Shown: positions 11,491 through 21,427 of the stretch, one piece after another
Layout of the letters: each line of letters begins with the position of its first letter
Numbering within the stretch: position 1 is the stretch's first letter
Source: Desulfobacterales bacterium
GTDB lineage: Bacteria > Desulfobacterota > Desulfobacteria > Desulfobacterales > UBA2174
Assembly: GCA_963668645.2 (NCBI GenBank)
Contig: CAXXWC010000019.1
Span: 448,001-512,000 of the forward strand
Length of the DNA stretch: 64,000 nucleotides
Reading direction: 5' to 3'
Notes under the pieces: model-generated
The model's input: only the letters and a program-made list of their open reading frames with translations
Told to the model about the DNA's origin: nothing
Databases searched by the model: none
Translations under genes and position numbers: made by a program

Positions 11491-11573
11491 CGGGTCAGAC
11501 ATCATCCTTGCAGCGGATAAACGATCACTTAATTAAGGCCGGATCAATCCAATATCGATAACGGAGCCCTGCC

Positions 11574-14500
11574 ATGGCGCGCATCCTGATTGTCGAAGAC
11601 GAGGCGGCGATCGCCCAACTGGTCAAAAAGATGCTGGAAGGCATGGATCACGGGCCTGTGGCGATCGCCGCCACCGGCCGGCAGGCCGTCCAAACGTGCC
11701 GGGATCAGGAACCGGACCTGGTGCTGATGGACATCTGCCTGCCGGGGCGCATGGATGGAATCGACGCGGCCCGGATTCTCAAAGACGAACTGAGTCTGTC
11801 GGTGGTTTACCTGACCGGCACCAACTCCACGACTATCCTGGAACGGGCCAAACAGACGGATCCCCTCGGCTACCTTGTCAAGCCGTTCAACCAGGTGCAG
11901 CTTCAGGCCACTGTTGAAATGGCACTGCACAAAAAGGAGGTGGAACACCGGATTCGCGAATCCAATCGCTTGCTGGAGGAGCAGGCGGCCGAATTGGCCA
12001 AGGCCTATGCACAATCCCGCCGGATCATGGAAGAAAAGGACAGGGCGCAGAATACGACCGACCAACTGGCCTCGTTTTCCCGCTCGAATCCATTCCCCGC
12101 TTTCCAGCTCGATGCCTCCTGCAATGTACTGTTCAGCAACCCGGCGGCGGACCGGCTGCTCGAAACAAGCCTGAAAGGGTTTGCAGACCGCCGTAATTTC
12201 TGCAGGGTCTTGTTCCAACCCTATCTGGCCCAACTGGCAGAGAAGAAAGAGCCGGTAACGGCCGAAATTACCATCGGGGACCGGCACTACCTGTTTACTT
12301 TCGTCTCCGTTGCGGATCCAAACCGCATCTACGCTTACGGAACCGACATCTCCGAACAGAAGGTGGCCGAGAAGGAAAGGGCCGACATTTTTGCCCTGCT
12401 ACTTTCGACCAACGAAGGCATGGCCCACGCTTTTCACATCCTGGAAAAAGTGGAACGGGCCCAAAGAGCCGAAACAGGCGGCGACATCATTCTGGAGGGG
12501 TTGCAACCGCCTTTGGGCACCTGCGAGGGCGGCGCCATCGTCCTGATGCAAAACCGGGAGCTGAAGGTGATCAGCTTGAGCGGCAGCGTCCCGGCGAACT
12601 GGTCAAAAGGGTTGGTGCTGCCCCCCGGTTCCTTCAACCGTTGCACCAGCGGCGAATGCCGGCATGATCAATGCCCCCTGGAACCGGAAGGATTCGGCCG
12701 CAGGCGCCACTGTTTCAAGTCGCACGTCAACGCGGATACGCTGGCGGCCGCCCTCCTGTGGGACCTTCAGACCCCGGAAGAAGACTACATTTCCCAGTAT
12801 TTCCGCCTCTGCTTCTCGGCCCTGTTCGGGTTGAATACCCGGCATCAGCTGCGCAAAGCCAAAAGGCTGCTCGAGGAGCAGTTCCGCGCCCTGCAGATCT
12901 CCGAAGAAAAATTCAAGACGCTGGTGACCACCGTGCCGGATATTGTCTACCGGATCGACCGCAACGGGATCTTCGAATTCGTCAACGAATCGATTTCGAG
13001 CCTCGGCTACACTCCTGAAGAACTGGTCGGAAAACATTTCAGTGAAATCATTTTTCCCATAGACGTGCGGCAGGTCAGCCGGGAAGAGGTGCTGCCACTG
13101 TACGCGGGCAAAACCACCGGCGACGGCAACGCCCCCAGGCTCTTCGACGAACGGCGCACCGGAGCCAGGCGGACCCACGGGCTCGAGGTCCGCCTGATAC
13201 CCAAGAAAGGGGCCATGGCGGGAACCTTTATGCTCGAAGCCCTCGTCGAAGATGTGGTGGTGGTGGAGGTCAACAGCTCCGGTCTGTACAGTACGCTCGG
13301 GGGCGACCAGGACAAGATGTTTGTCGGCACCGTGGGCGTGATCCGGGACATCACGGAGCGTAAAGAGCACGAACTGGCGCTGCGCAAGGCCAAAGACGAG
13401 GCGGACCAGGCCAGCAGGGCAAAGGGCGATTTTCTGGCCAACATGAGCCATGAAATCCGCACCCCCATGAACGCCATCACCGGCATGGCGCACCTGCTCG
13501 GCCAGACCGGATTGTCGCCGGCCCAGCAGCGCTATGTGGCCAACATCCATTCCGCCTCAACCAGCCTGCTGAATATCGTCAACGACATCCTGGACATCTC
13601 CAAAATCGAATCCGGCCGAATCGAGATCGAGTCCACCCGATTCATGCTGAACCAGGTTTTTAACAGCCTCTCGAACATGATTCGTTTAAAGGCCTATGAA
13701 AAAAAGCTGGAGTTTGTCATTGAAACCTCACCGGAGGTGCCGCTTGCCTTGGTCGGCGACCCCTTCCGCCTGGAGCAGGTGCTGTTGAACCTCATCGGCA
13801 ATGCGGTCAAGTTCACCGAGCGCGGTGAGGTGGACGTCTCGATCCAGCGCTTGTGGGAGGTGGACGGCAGGGTTCTGCTCCAGTTCTCGGTCAGAGATAC
13901 GGGTATAGGCCTGAACGCGGACCAGATCTCCCGGCTGTTCGATCCCTTCAGCCAGGCCGACACGTCGACTAGCCGCAAATTCGGCGGCACCGGCCTTGGG
14001 TTGGCCATCAGCAAGCGGCTGGTGCACCTGATGGGTGGCACGATCCGGGTGGAAAGCACGCCGGGACTGGGCAGCACCTTCATTTTCACCGCGGAATTCG
14101 GCACCACGGGCGAGGCGGAGCGCCGCCTCGCCCTGCCCTCCGCGGACATGGCGGGACTGCGGGTCCTGGTGGTGGACGACAATTCCACCGCGCTCCGGGT
14201 GATGACCCACTGCCTGGAATCTCTATCGTTCGTGGCCACCCCCGCGGCTTCCGGCGAAGAGGCGATCCGTGAACTGGAACGCGTGTGGGTTTCGCAAGCC
14301 GCCCCCTTCGACCTGGTGCTGATGGATTCGATGATGCCGGAAATGGACGGGTTGGAGGCGATCCGCCGCATTCGCGAACTGGAAACCTGCCGTTCATCTC
14401 TGCCCCCCGGTCCCCGGCCCCTTATTCCCGTCATTTTGCTCATTTCCGACGGTTGGAACGAGGACTGGCATGAGGCCGATACACTCGGCATAAAGGGGTT

Positions 14501-15716
14501 GCTGCCCAAGCCGGCCACTCAATCGACCCTTTTCGATGCCGTCATCGCCGTTTTCGGTCACGGAAACCCGCCGCAATCGGCACTGGAGGAAACGGTGATG
14601 CCGGTTCCCGAACAATTCGACGCCATTCGAGGCGCCGTTATCCTTGTGGTGGAAGACAACGAAACCAACCAGGAAGTGGCCAGGGGGTTGCTTGAAAATA
14701 CCGGGTTTCAGGTGGTCATGGCCGGCAACGGCAGGCAGGCCGTCGAGCGGTTCCGGCAACAGGACCAACCGCAGTTCGATGCCGTACTGATGGATCTGCA
14801 GATGCCGCAAATGGACGGTTACGAAGCCACCCGCCGCATCCGTGCCTGGGAGGCCGGTCGTTCATCCGAAGACACCGGTCGCCAAACGCCCATCCCCATC
14901 ATCGCCATGACCGCTGAGGTGGTGGGCGAAGTCAGGCGTCTGTGCACCGAAGCCGGAATGAACGACTATGTGAGCAAACCCGTCGACCCCAAAGAACTCT
15001 TCTCGGCATTGGCCCGCTGGATCACACCCGCAAACAGGCAGAATCCGCCCGCCGCAAAAGAGCGCATTGCCACGCAGGTCCCCACGTACCACGACCCGTC
15101 ATCCCTGCCCGATTCCCTGCCGGGGATCAACCTGCGCGGCGCCCTGAACAGGATCGGGGGCAATCAGTCCCTGTACCGGAAATTGCTTCGAAAATTTACC
15201 ACCGGTCATGCCGGTGAGGTGGAAGCGATCAGGGACGCCCTGAAATCCGGGGACGCAAAAACGGCGACCCGGCTGGCCCATACCCTGAAGGGGGTTGCCG
15301 GAACCGTCGGCGCCCAGACGCTTTCCGAGGCGGCCGCCATGTTGGAGGCGGCCCTCAAGAACCAGGACAACGACCTGGACGGACTTTTCGATCGAGTATC
15401 GGTCTGCCTGCAGACCGTTGTCCAGAGCATCACCTCACTGAATGGCCCCAAGGCGCAAACCCGGCCCGAGCCTGCCGGCAGACCGGGCAATATCCGCGAA
15501 ACGCTTTTACTTCTGGATGAACTCAAAGCACTGCTTGAAGACAACGATGCCGATGCCCTGCAAAAACTGGAGCTGGCCAGGGAAGCGTTGAAGGGGTCGG
15601 ATAAGATGAATGGTTTGGATTTGATCGAAGAGGCTTTGAGCGACTTTGACACCGAAACGGCCCTGGCGAAACTTGACCGCTTTGTCCGCCGGCTAAAAGG
15701 AACGGATAATGGCTGA
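11574..15716 (+). CDS. Hybrid sensor histidine kinase (REC-PAS-?-PAS-HisKA-HATPase-REC-REC-Hpt)
   Basis: FLANMSHEIRTPM, QVLLNLIGNAVKFT, DTGIG, GGTGLGL; three receiver Asp motifs (LMDIC, LMDSM, LMDLQ); Hpt LAHTLKG. Confidence 0.93.
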   Translation: MARILIVEDEAAIAQLVKKMLEGMDHGPVAIAATGRQAVQTCRDQEPDLVLMDICLPGRMDGIDAARILKDELSLSVVYLTGTNSTTILERAKQTDPLGYLVKPFNQVQLQATVEMALHKKEVEHRIRESNRLLEEQAAELAKAYAQSRRIMEEKDRAQNTTDQLASFSRSNPFPAFQLDASCNVLFSNPAADRLLETSLKGFADRRNFCRVLFQPYLAQLAEKKEPVTAEITIGDRHYLFTFVSVADPNRIYAYGTDISEQKVAEKERADIFALLLSTNEGMAHAFHILEKVERAQRAETGGDIILEGLQPPLGTCEGGAIVLMQNRELKVISLSGSVPANWSKGLVLPPGSFNRCTSGECRHDQCPLEPEGFGRRRHCFKSHVNADTLAAALLWDLQTPEEDYISQYFRLCFSALFGLNTRHQLRKAKRLLEEQFRALQISEEKFKTLVTTVPDIVYRIDRNGIFEFVNESISSLGYTPEELVGKHFSEIIFPIDVRQVSREEVLPLYAGKTTGDGNAPRLFDERRTGARRTHGLEVRLIPKKGAMAGTFMLEALVEDVVVVEVNSSGLYSTLGGDQDKMFVGTVGVIRDITERKEHELALRKAKDEADQASRAKGDFLANMSHEIRTPMNAITGMAHLLGQTGLSPAQQRYVANIHSASTSLLNIVNDILDISKIESGRIEIESTRFMLNQVFNSLSNMIRLKAYEKKLEFVIETSPEVPLALVGDPFRLEQVLLNLIGNAVKFTERGEVDVSIQRLWEVDGRVLLQFSVRDTGIGLNADQISRLFDPFSQADTSTSRKFGGTGLGLAISKRLVHLMGGTIRVESTPGLGSTFIFTAEFGTTGEAERRLALPSADMAGLRVLVVDDNSTALRVMTHCLESLSFVATPAASGEEAIRELERVWVSQAAPFDLVLMDSMMPEMDGLEAIRRIRELETCRSSLPPGPRPLIPVILLISDGWNEDWHEADTLGIKGLLPKPATQSTLFDAVIAVFGHGNPPQSALEETVMPVPEQFDAIRGAVILVVEDNETNQEVARGLLENTGFQVVMAGNGRQAVERFRQQDQPQFDAVLMDLQMPQMDGYEATRRIRAWEAGRSSEDTGRQTPIPIIAMTAEVVGEVRRLCTEAGMNDYVSKPVDPKELFSALARWITPANRQNPPAAKERIATQVPTYHDPSSLPDSLPGINLRGALNRIGGNQSLYRKLLRKFTTGHAGEVEAIRDALKSGDAKTATRLAHTLKGVAGTVGAQTLSEAAAMLEAALKNQDNDLDGLFDRVSVCLQTVVQSITSLNGPKAQTRPEPAGRPGNIRETLLLLDELKALLEDNDADALQKLELAREALKGSDKMNGLDLIEEALSDFDTETALAKLDRFVRRLKGTDNG

Positions 15717-16824
15717 TCGGCATGTCGATAAACAGACTGTGCTCGTTGTCGACGACGCCCCCGAACACATCGGCGTGCTTGTCGAAATCCTGCGCAGGGA
15801 CTACCGGGTCAAGTTCGCCGTCAGCGGTGAAAAAGCGCTTGCCATCGCGATGGTCAAAAGCCCTCCGGATCTTATCCTGCTGGATGTCGAAATGCCGGGC
15901 ATGGATGGTTATGAGGTATGCCGGCGGCTCAAGCAGAATCCGAACACACGCAAGATCCCGGTGATCTTCGTAACGGCCCTGAAGGAATCCGAGGCCGAGG
16001 AAAAAGGATTCGACCTGGGGGGCGTCGATTATATCACCAAGCCGATCAATCCGTCGATCGTGCGGGCACGGGTGAAGACCCATCTGGCACTTTACGACCA
16101 GAATCGGGTCCTGGATGAACTGGTCAAGGTCCGCACCGGTCAGCTGCGCAAAGCCCTCGAAACGATCAAGGGCGCCTCGCTCAATACCATTCACAAACTC
16201 TCCCGGGCCGCTGAATTCAAAGACGAAGACACCGGTGCCCATATTCTGCGCATGAGCAACTATGCGGCCGCGGTGGCCCGTAAATTGGGTTTGGATGGGG
16301 AGGCCATAGAAGCCATTTTATATGCGGCCCCCATGCACGATATCGGCAAGATCGGAACCCCGGACCGCATCCTGCTCAAACCCGGCAAGCTCAATGCACA
16401 AGAGTGGGAAATCATGAAGCAGCATGTGGCCAACGGCATAAGAATCCTGGAAGGTTCGAAAGAAGGCTTTATCCAAATGGCCAAAACCATCGTCCTGACC
16501 CACCATGAACGCTGGGACGGCAGCGGATATCCGAGCGGTTTGAAAGGGGAAGCAATCCCCATTGCCGGACGAATCGCAGCGATTGCCGATGTCTTTGACG
16601 CTCTGACATCCAAAAGACCCTACAAAGAGCCGTTTTCCGTAGACAAATCTTTTCGCATCATCAAGGAAGGCAGCGGCAACCATTTCGACACGCAGGTGGT
16701 AAACGCTTTCTTTTCTGCAATCGATGAGATCCTGGTCATCAAAGAACGATATAAAGATGACGGCGAAAGCCTGCTGTCCAAGCTTGCCGGCAGCGGGCAG
16801 CCGGGCAAACAGCCCCACTTCTGA
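15709..16824 (+). CDS. REC-HD-GYP cyclic di-GMP phosphodiesterase (RpfG-like)
   Basis: REC (LLDVEMP), MHDIGKIG, HHERWDGSGYP, IADVFDALTSKRPYK. Confidence 0.93.
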   Translation: MADRHVDKQTVLVVDDAPEHIGVLVEILRRDYRVKFAVSGEKALAIAMVKSPPDLILLDVEMPGMDGYEVCRRLKQNPNTRKIPVIFVTALKESEAEEKGFDLGGVDYITKPINPSIVRARVKTHLALYDQNRVLDELVKVRTGQLRKALETIKGASLNTIHKLSRAAEFKDEDTGAHILRMSNYAAAVARKLGLDGEAIEAILYAAPMHDIGKIGTPDRILLKPGKLNAQEWEIMKQHVANGIRILEGSKEGFIQMAKTIVLTHHERWDGSGYPSGLKGEAIPIAGRIAAIADVFDALTSKRPYKEPFSVDKSFRIIKEGSGNHFDTQVVNAFFSAIDEILVIKERYKDDGESLLSKLAGSGQPGKQPHF

Positions 16825-16930
16825 ATCGGTCCGGATCGGATCATATCATTTGCCTTGATGTGGGCAATGGACCCAAGGTTCAAATTTTGGACACCCTCTC
16901 CATCCTCCTGGCCAAACCGAGGTGCCGGTC

Positions 16931-17863
16931 TCAGAGCACCTCTGGAGTGAAGGCCACCACTTCGTCGATGGCGGCCGCATCGGCAAAGAGCATCACCAGC
17001 CGGTCGATGCCCAGGGCGTTGCCGGCCGCCGGGGGCATGCGGGCCAGATCGGCAAGGAAGGGTTCGGCCACCGGGTAGACGGCCTTGCCGGCCCGGCGCC
17101 GGGCTTCGGCTTCAGCGGCAAAACGGCGCCGTTGTTCGGCCGGATCCGTCAGCTCGCTGAAGCCGTTGCACAGCTCAAGCCCTGCAATATAAAGTTCGAA
17201 GCGTTCGGCGACGCCCGGATCGTCTGGCCGCAGGCGGGCCAGGGCCGCGCAAGGGGCCGGATAGTCATACACGAACACCGGCCGCCCCCGTCCCAGACGC
17301 GGTTCGATCTCCAATCCCATGATCTCGTCGAAACGACCCTCTTCCAAGGCCCTGGGCGCAGAAATTTTCGCATAGCGCCTGAATGCTTCGGCTACGCTGA
17401 GCCGCTCCCAGGGCGGTGTCAGATCCACCTCGCCCTGCTGGTAGACCAGCTTTGTACCACGCCCCAGATCCCTGGCCACGGCAGGCACCAAAAGCTGGCA
17501 ATCGTCCATCAGATCCCGGTAGTTCTTTCCGGTGGCATACCATTCGAGCATGGTCAATTCCGGCAGATGCTTTCGGCCCCGCTCGCCGGCGCGAAAGCAA
17601 CGGCAGATCTGGAAGATCCGCCGGCACCCGGCCGCAAGCAGCCGCTTCATACAAAGCTCGGGAGAGCTTTGCAAAAACCAGCCATCCGCCGGGGGGGCAT
17701 CGATGTGCAGCTCGGGAGCCGGAGCCGGTATACGGCAGGGGGTTTCCACCTCCAGGTAGCCCTGGGCCTCGAAAAAACGACGCACCGCCCGGATCACGCG
17801 TGACCTGAGGCGCAAGCGCCGAATCAGGTCCTCGTTGCCTTGGCACAAAGCATCCATCTGCAT
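16931..17863 (-). CDS. epmA: EF-P beta-lysine ligase EpmA (GenX/PoxA)
   Basis: LysRS-like catalytic domain with no anticodon domain: LEVETP, LQSSPELCMKRLLAAG, ERFELYIAGLELCNGFSEL, ALGIDRL; start could be 17887/17863/17857. Confidence 0.88.
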   Translation of the reverse strand: MQMDALCQGNEDLIRRLRLRSRVIRAVRRFFEAQGYLEVETPCRIPAPAPELHIDAPPADGWFLQSSPELCMKRLLAAGCRRIFQICRCFRAGERGRKHLPELTMLEWYATGKNYRDLMDDCQLLVPAVARDLGRGTKLVYQQGEVDLTPPWERLSVAEAFRRYAKISAPRALEEGRFDEIMGLEIEPRLGRGRPVFVYDYPAPCAALARLRPDDPGVAERFELYIAGLELCNGFSELTDPAEQRRRFAAEAEARRRAGKAVYPVAEPFLADLARMPPAAGNALGIDRLVMLFADAAAIDEVVAFTPEVL

Positions 17864-17900
17864 CGGACTCCGGGAAAAGGTGTTCATCACAGGAGGGTAT

Positions 17901-19232
17901 TCAAACCTTGGAATTGGCAGCGCCCTTGGTGCGGAACTTGTCCTTGGTGCGGTCCTGGAGAAAAATCTTTTCGAAATCTTTCGCCGCCGCCTGGTCGAAC
18001 CAGCGATACCCGGCTTCTTGGCAGGCGCGGCAGGCAAGCCGGGGGACGTGCACCGCCAGGATGCGCCGGCGCCGGTCCGAGGTGGAATCGATCTTCCAGG
18101 CCCCGCCACACTCCGTGCAGACCCGGATGGTTTCCTTCTGCCGTTCGAGGATGTTGTCCGTATCGTAAAAGAGTGTGCGTTCGCGCTCGACGAGCTGGCC
18201 GGCCTCCCCTGCCCGCTCGCGTAGCCGCTGGCGCTGGTCCCAGAGGGCCATCACCTCTTTGCAGGTCTCCTCGATACGCCGGGTCACCATCGCCGGTTGG
18301 CGGATGCGCTCCGGATCGTAGGCCGGCTCGCGTACCCGGCTGTAATCGACTCCGGCCAGGGCCAGAATGATCCCCACGTTGACGTAAGGCAGGGCCCCTT
18401 CGATGCTGTAGCCGCCTTCCAGTACGCAGATGTCCGGCTTGAGCCGGTCGGTGAGGGCCGCATAGCCCTGGGCCGAAAAATTCATGTTGGTGATGGGATC
18501 CGAGTAATGGTTGTCCTGGCCGGCGGAATTGACGATCAGATCGGGCTTGAACTCGCTCAGGATCGGCAGGATGGCATGATCCAGGGCGTAGAGGAACCCT
18601 TCTTCGCCGGTATGGGGCGGCAGGGGAATATTGACCGTGGTGCCCAGGGCGTTGGGACCGCCCAGCTCGTTGGTGAACCCGGTGCCCGGATAGAGGGTGC
18701 GCCCGTCCTGGTGCACCGAGATGAACAGGGTCTCCGGATCGTGCCAGTAAACATCCTGGGTCCCGTCGCCGTGGTGGCAGTCGGTGTCCACGATGGCGAC
18801 CCGCCGCACCTTGTAGCGGGCGCGCAGGAACTCGATCATGATCGCTTCGATGTTCACCGCGCAAAACCCGCGGCTGCCGTGGACCACCCGCATGGCATGA
18901 TGGCCGGGGGGGCGCACCAGGGCGAAGCCGCGTTCGACTTTGCGGTCCATTACCGCCATGCCGATTGTCTTGGCGCCTCCGGCGCTGATAAAATGCGATT
19001 CGGTCATCACCGCCCAGGGATCTGGGACGCAAAAATGCACCCGCTGCACATCGTCGATGGTCACCAGGTCCGGCTTGAATTCGCGGATTCCCTCGATGTC
19101 GAAAAGCCCTTCTTCAAAGACCTGGTCCTGGGTGTAGAGCAGCCGCTCCTCGCGCTCGGGATGGGTGGGGCTGATGGCCCAGTCGAAGGCCGGAAAAAAG
19201 ACCAGGCCGGTTTTATGTCTGGCGGTGAGCAT
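17901..19232 (-). CDS. Histone deacetylase-family (Zn-dependent amidohydrolase) protein with C-terminal CxxC...CxxC extension
   Basis: RPPGHHA, GFC, DTDCHHGDGTQ, SAGQD, LEGGY; C-terminal CTEC and CRAC. Confidence 0.92.
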   Translation of the reverse strand: MLTARHKTGLVFFPAFDWAISPTHPEREERLLYTQDQVFEEGLFDIEGIREFKPDLVTIDDVQRVHFCVPDPWAVMTESHFISAGGAKTIGMAVMDRKVERGFALVRPPGHHAMRVVHGSRGFCAVNIEAIMIEFLRARYKVRRVAIVDTDCHHGDGTQDVYWHDPETLFISVHQDGRTLYPGTGFTNELGGPNALGTTVNIPLPPHTGEEGFLYALDHAILPILSEFKPDLIVNSAGQDNHYSDPITNMNFSAQGYAALTDRLKPDICVLEGGYSIEGALPYVNVGIILALAGVDYSRVREPAYDPERIRQPAMVTRRIEETCKEVMALWDQRQRLRERAGEAGQLVERERTLFYDTDNILERQKETIRVCTECGGAWKIDSTSDRRRRILAVHVPRLACRACQEAGYRWFDQAAAKDFEKIFLQDRTKDKFRTKGAANSKV

Positions 19233-19332
19233 GGAATGCCTCGAAACGCTGCGGCGGTGGGACCCCATTGCAGCGGCCCATCAAAGATGATTCGATCTAT
19301 AAGTCCAACGGCCGATCCCGGCCCACAGCCGG

Positions 19333-21015
19333 TCAGTCGGTAAGCCGGCCGGCCACCGGATCGTAGCCCTGGATCAGCCCCGGCTTGACCTGCACCCGTA
19401 CGCGGATGTTCTTGCCGGAGGTGTAAAAGCCGCGCACCATGTTGAACTGAAGGTTTTCCACCACCTCCACCTCATGGGCTTCGGCGGTTCCGCCCAGCCG
19501 GGCGGCCTTGTCGCGCAGGAGGCGGAAGGCCAACTGGACCGCCTCTTCGCCCGAAAAACGGTTGCCCACCGTCTCGCTGTAGTTTTCCTCCGGGGCGGTG
19601 ACGATTCCCCGCTCGGTATCGGCAAAGAGGGTCACCTCGCAGGTGGTGCGCGCCAGAGCCGCACCGATGGCATTGGCCACTTTCCAGCGCGGAATGACCC
19701 CCACCTTGTAATCGGACAACTCTTCGAGCCGGTTGGCGAAATAAAGAGCCGGGCCGCCCAGGATCAGGATCTTCTTGGGATGGACGGTATGGCCTTCGAG
19801 CATCTCGTACACCGTATAGACCGGCTTGCTGTTGATGCGCCGGATCATGGCCTCCGCCGCGTCGAGCATCATGCGGCAGGTCTGGTCGAAAATCCGTGCG
19901 GCGGCCTCTTCGGGGGCCAGCCCCATCTCGGCGGCCAGGGGGGCGATCCCCGCCTGGGCAGCCTCTCGTCCCGAGGTGCGGATCATGCCCAGAACGAACA
20001 TGGCGTCGGTGGGGGTCGGGGCCGGTCCGCCGTATGCCATGGCCGGACCGGCACGCCGCGGGCCGATCTTGAGTTCACCGTTTTCCAGGCGCACGTGGCT
20101 GTCACCGCCCAGACCGATGGAGTGGGTCTCCAGGGCCCGGATCAGGGTCTTGTAGCCGCCCAATTCGATCCCGGCCGGATCTAAAAGGGGCACCCCGTTG
20201 ACCATGACGGCCATGTCGGTGGTGGTGCCGCCTATGTCGAAGATCAGGGCCTCGTCCTCGTCCGGGGCAAAAGCCAGCGACCCCATGACGCTGGCCGCCG
20301 GCCCGGAAAGGATGGTCTGGGCCGGCGCATCGATGGAGGCCTCGAACCGCATGTTGCCCCCGTCGGCCTTGAGGATGCGGATCGGTACGGCCAGTCCTTT
20401 TTCCTTCAGGGAACGCTGAACGGCGGCAAAAAATTCGCGGTGAATAGGATAGACGGCGGCGTTGAGGTAGGTGGTGGCGATGCGCCGGGGAAAATTCAGG
20501 CTCCCGGCCACCCGATGCCCGAGAAAAATCCGTTCGAAATCGTCGCCCAGGATCCGCTCGATCTCCAGTTCGTGGACCGGATTGCGCACCGAGAACTTGC
20601 CCACCACCCCGACATGGCGGATCCCTTCACGCTTGAACCCGCGGGCGATGGCCTTGATGTCGCGGGGGTTGAGGTTTTCCACGATCCGCCCCCGGTGATC
20701 GATGGCCCCCCCCACGACCTGATAATGGGCGTTGGTGCGGTAAAAGTCCGGGTCGATACCCGGCCCTGCCGAAACGATCATTCCCACCGGGGTAACGCGA
20801 TCCTGAACGATGGCGTTGGTGGTCAGGGTCGTGCTCAGCACGATCCGATCAATGCGGCCCGGTGCGATCCCGGCGGTGATCTGCTCCACGCCTTTGAGCA
20901 CGGTGTGGAACAGGTCTTCAGGGTCGGTGGGCACCTTAACGCTGGCCACCAATCCCTCGGTGCCAAGGAGGATCACATCCGTGTGTGTGCCGCCAACATC
21001 CAGTCCGATGATCAT
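19333..21015 (-). CDS. Hydantoinase/oxoprolinase (HyuA-like, ASKHA) family protein
   Basis: GLDVGGTHTD, STTLTTNA, LSGPAAS, DIGGTTTD, PTPTDA, ANAIGA. Confidence 0.9.
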   Translation of the reverse strand: MIIGLDVGGTHTDVILLGTEGLVASVKVPTDPEDLFHTVLKGVEQITAGIAPGRIDRIVLSTTLTTNAIVQDRVTPVGMIVSAGPGIDPDFYRTNAHYQVVGGAIDHRGRIVENLNPRDIKAIARGFKREGIRHVGVVGKFSVRNPVHELEIERILGDDFERIFLGHRVAGSLNFPRRIATTYLNAAVYPIHREFFAAVQRSLKEKGLAVPIRILKADGGNMRFEASIDAPAQTILSGPAASVMGSLAFAPDEDEALIFDIGGTTTDMAVMVNGVPLLDPAGIELGGYKTLIRALETHSIGLGGDSHVRLENGELKIGPRRAGPAMAYGGPAPTPTDAMFVLGMIRTSGREAAQAGIAPLAAEMGLAPEEAAARIFDQTCRMMLDAAEAMIRRINSKPVYTVYEMLEGHTVHPKKILILGGPALYFANRLEELSDYKVGVIPRWKVANAIGAALARTTCEVTLFADTERGIVTAPEENYSETVGNRFSGEEAVQLAFRLLRDKAARLGGTAEAHEVEVVENLQFNMVRGFYTSGKNIRVRVQVKPGLIQGYDPVAGRLTD

Positions 21016-21142
21016 GGTCGCATCCCGCCCGCCCCCTTTTCGATGAATGTCAAAGGTATCGTATGGGAGGATAGGATGTCAATAAACCCCGCTGCGTTTC
21101 TGCGGGCAGGTGTCACCAGGACGCAATCCATGTTCCCTGCCG

Positions 21143-21427
21143 CTACCGCTGCCCGGCCATGGCCGCGGCGGCCATTTCCTGGATGGCCGCCCGCAAACGG
21201 CGGGCGAAGTCACCGCTCACCGGCTGCGCCGGCATCTGGTGGCAAAGGGCCACGGTCTGCTTCAAGGTGGCCAGGCACGCCTGGCAGGGAGCGCACTGTT
21301 TCAAGTGGCCCTCGATCTGCTCGCATTGAATCTCGTCCAGTTCCCGGTCGAGATATTCCGAGAGCCGGGCGAACAGTTCCAGGCAGTGCCGATGATGGGA
21401 ATCAGACGGCGGTTGAGGTTCGGTCAT
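21143..21427 (-). CDS. Soluble zinc-binding anti-sigma factor (zf-HC2/ZAS)
   Basis: C...LSEYLDREL...HLKQCAPC (HxxxCxxC); overlaps the 3' end of the ECF sigma gene; no TM helix. Confidence 0.9.
   Translation of the reverse strand: MTEPQPPSDSHHRHCLELFARLSEYLDRELDEIQCEQIEGHLKQCAPCQACLATLKQTVALCHQMPAQPVSGDFARRLRAAIQEMAAAAMAGQR

Noticed and set aside
11534..11561. sigma28-like promoter (TAAG...ATCGATAA) before the hybrid kinase
   Set aside because: Both boxes deviate from consensus, spacing is off, and it sits almost on the RBS
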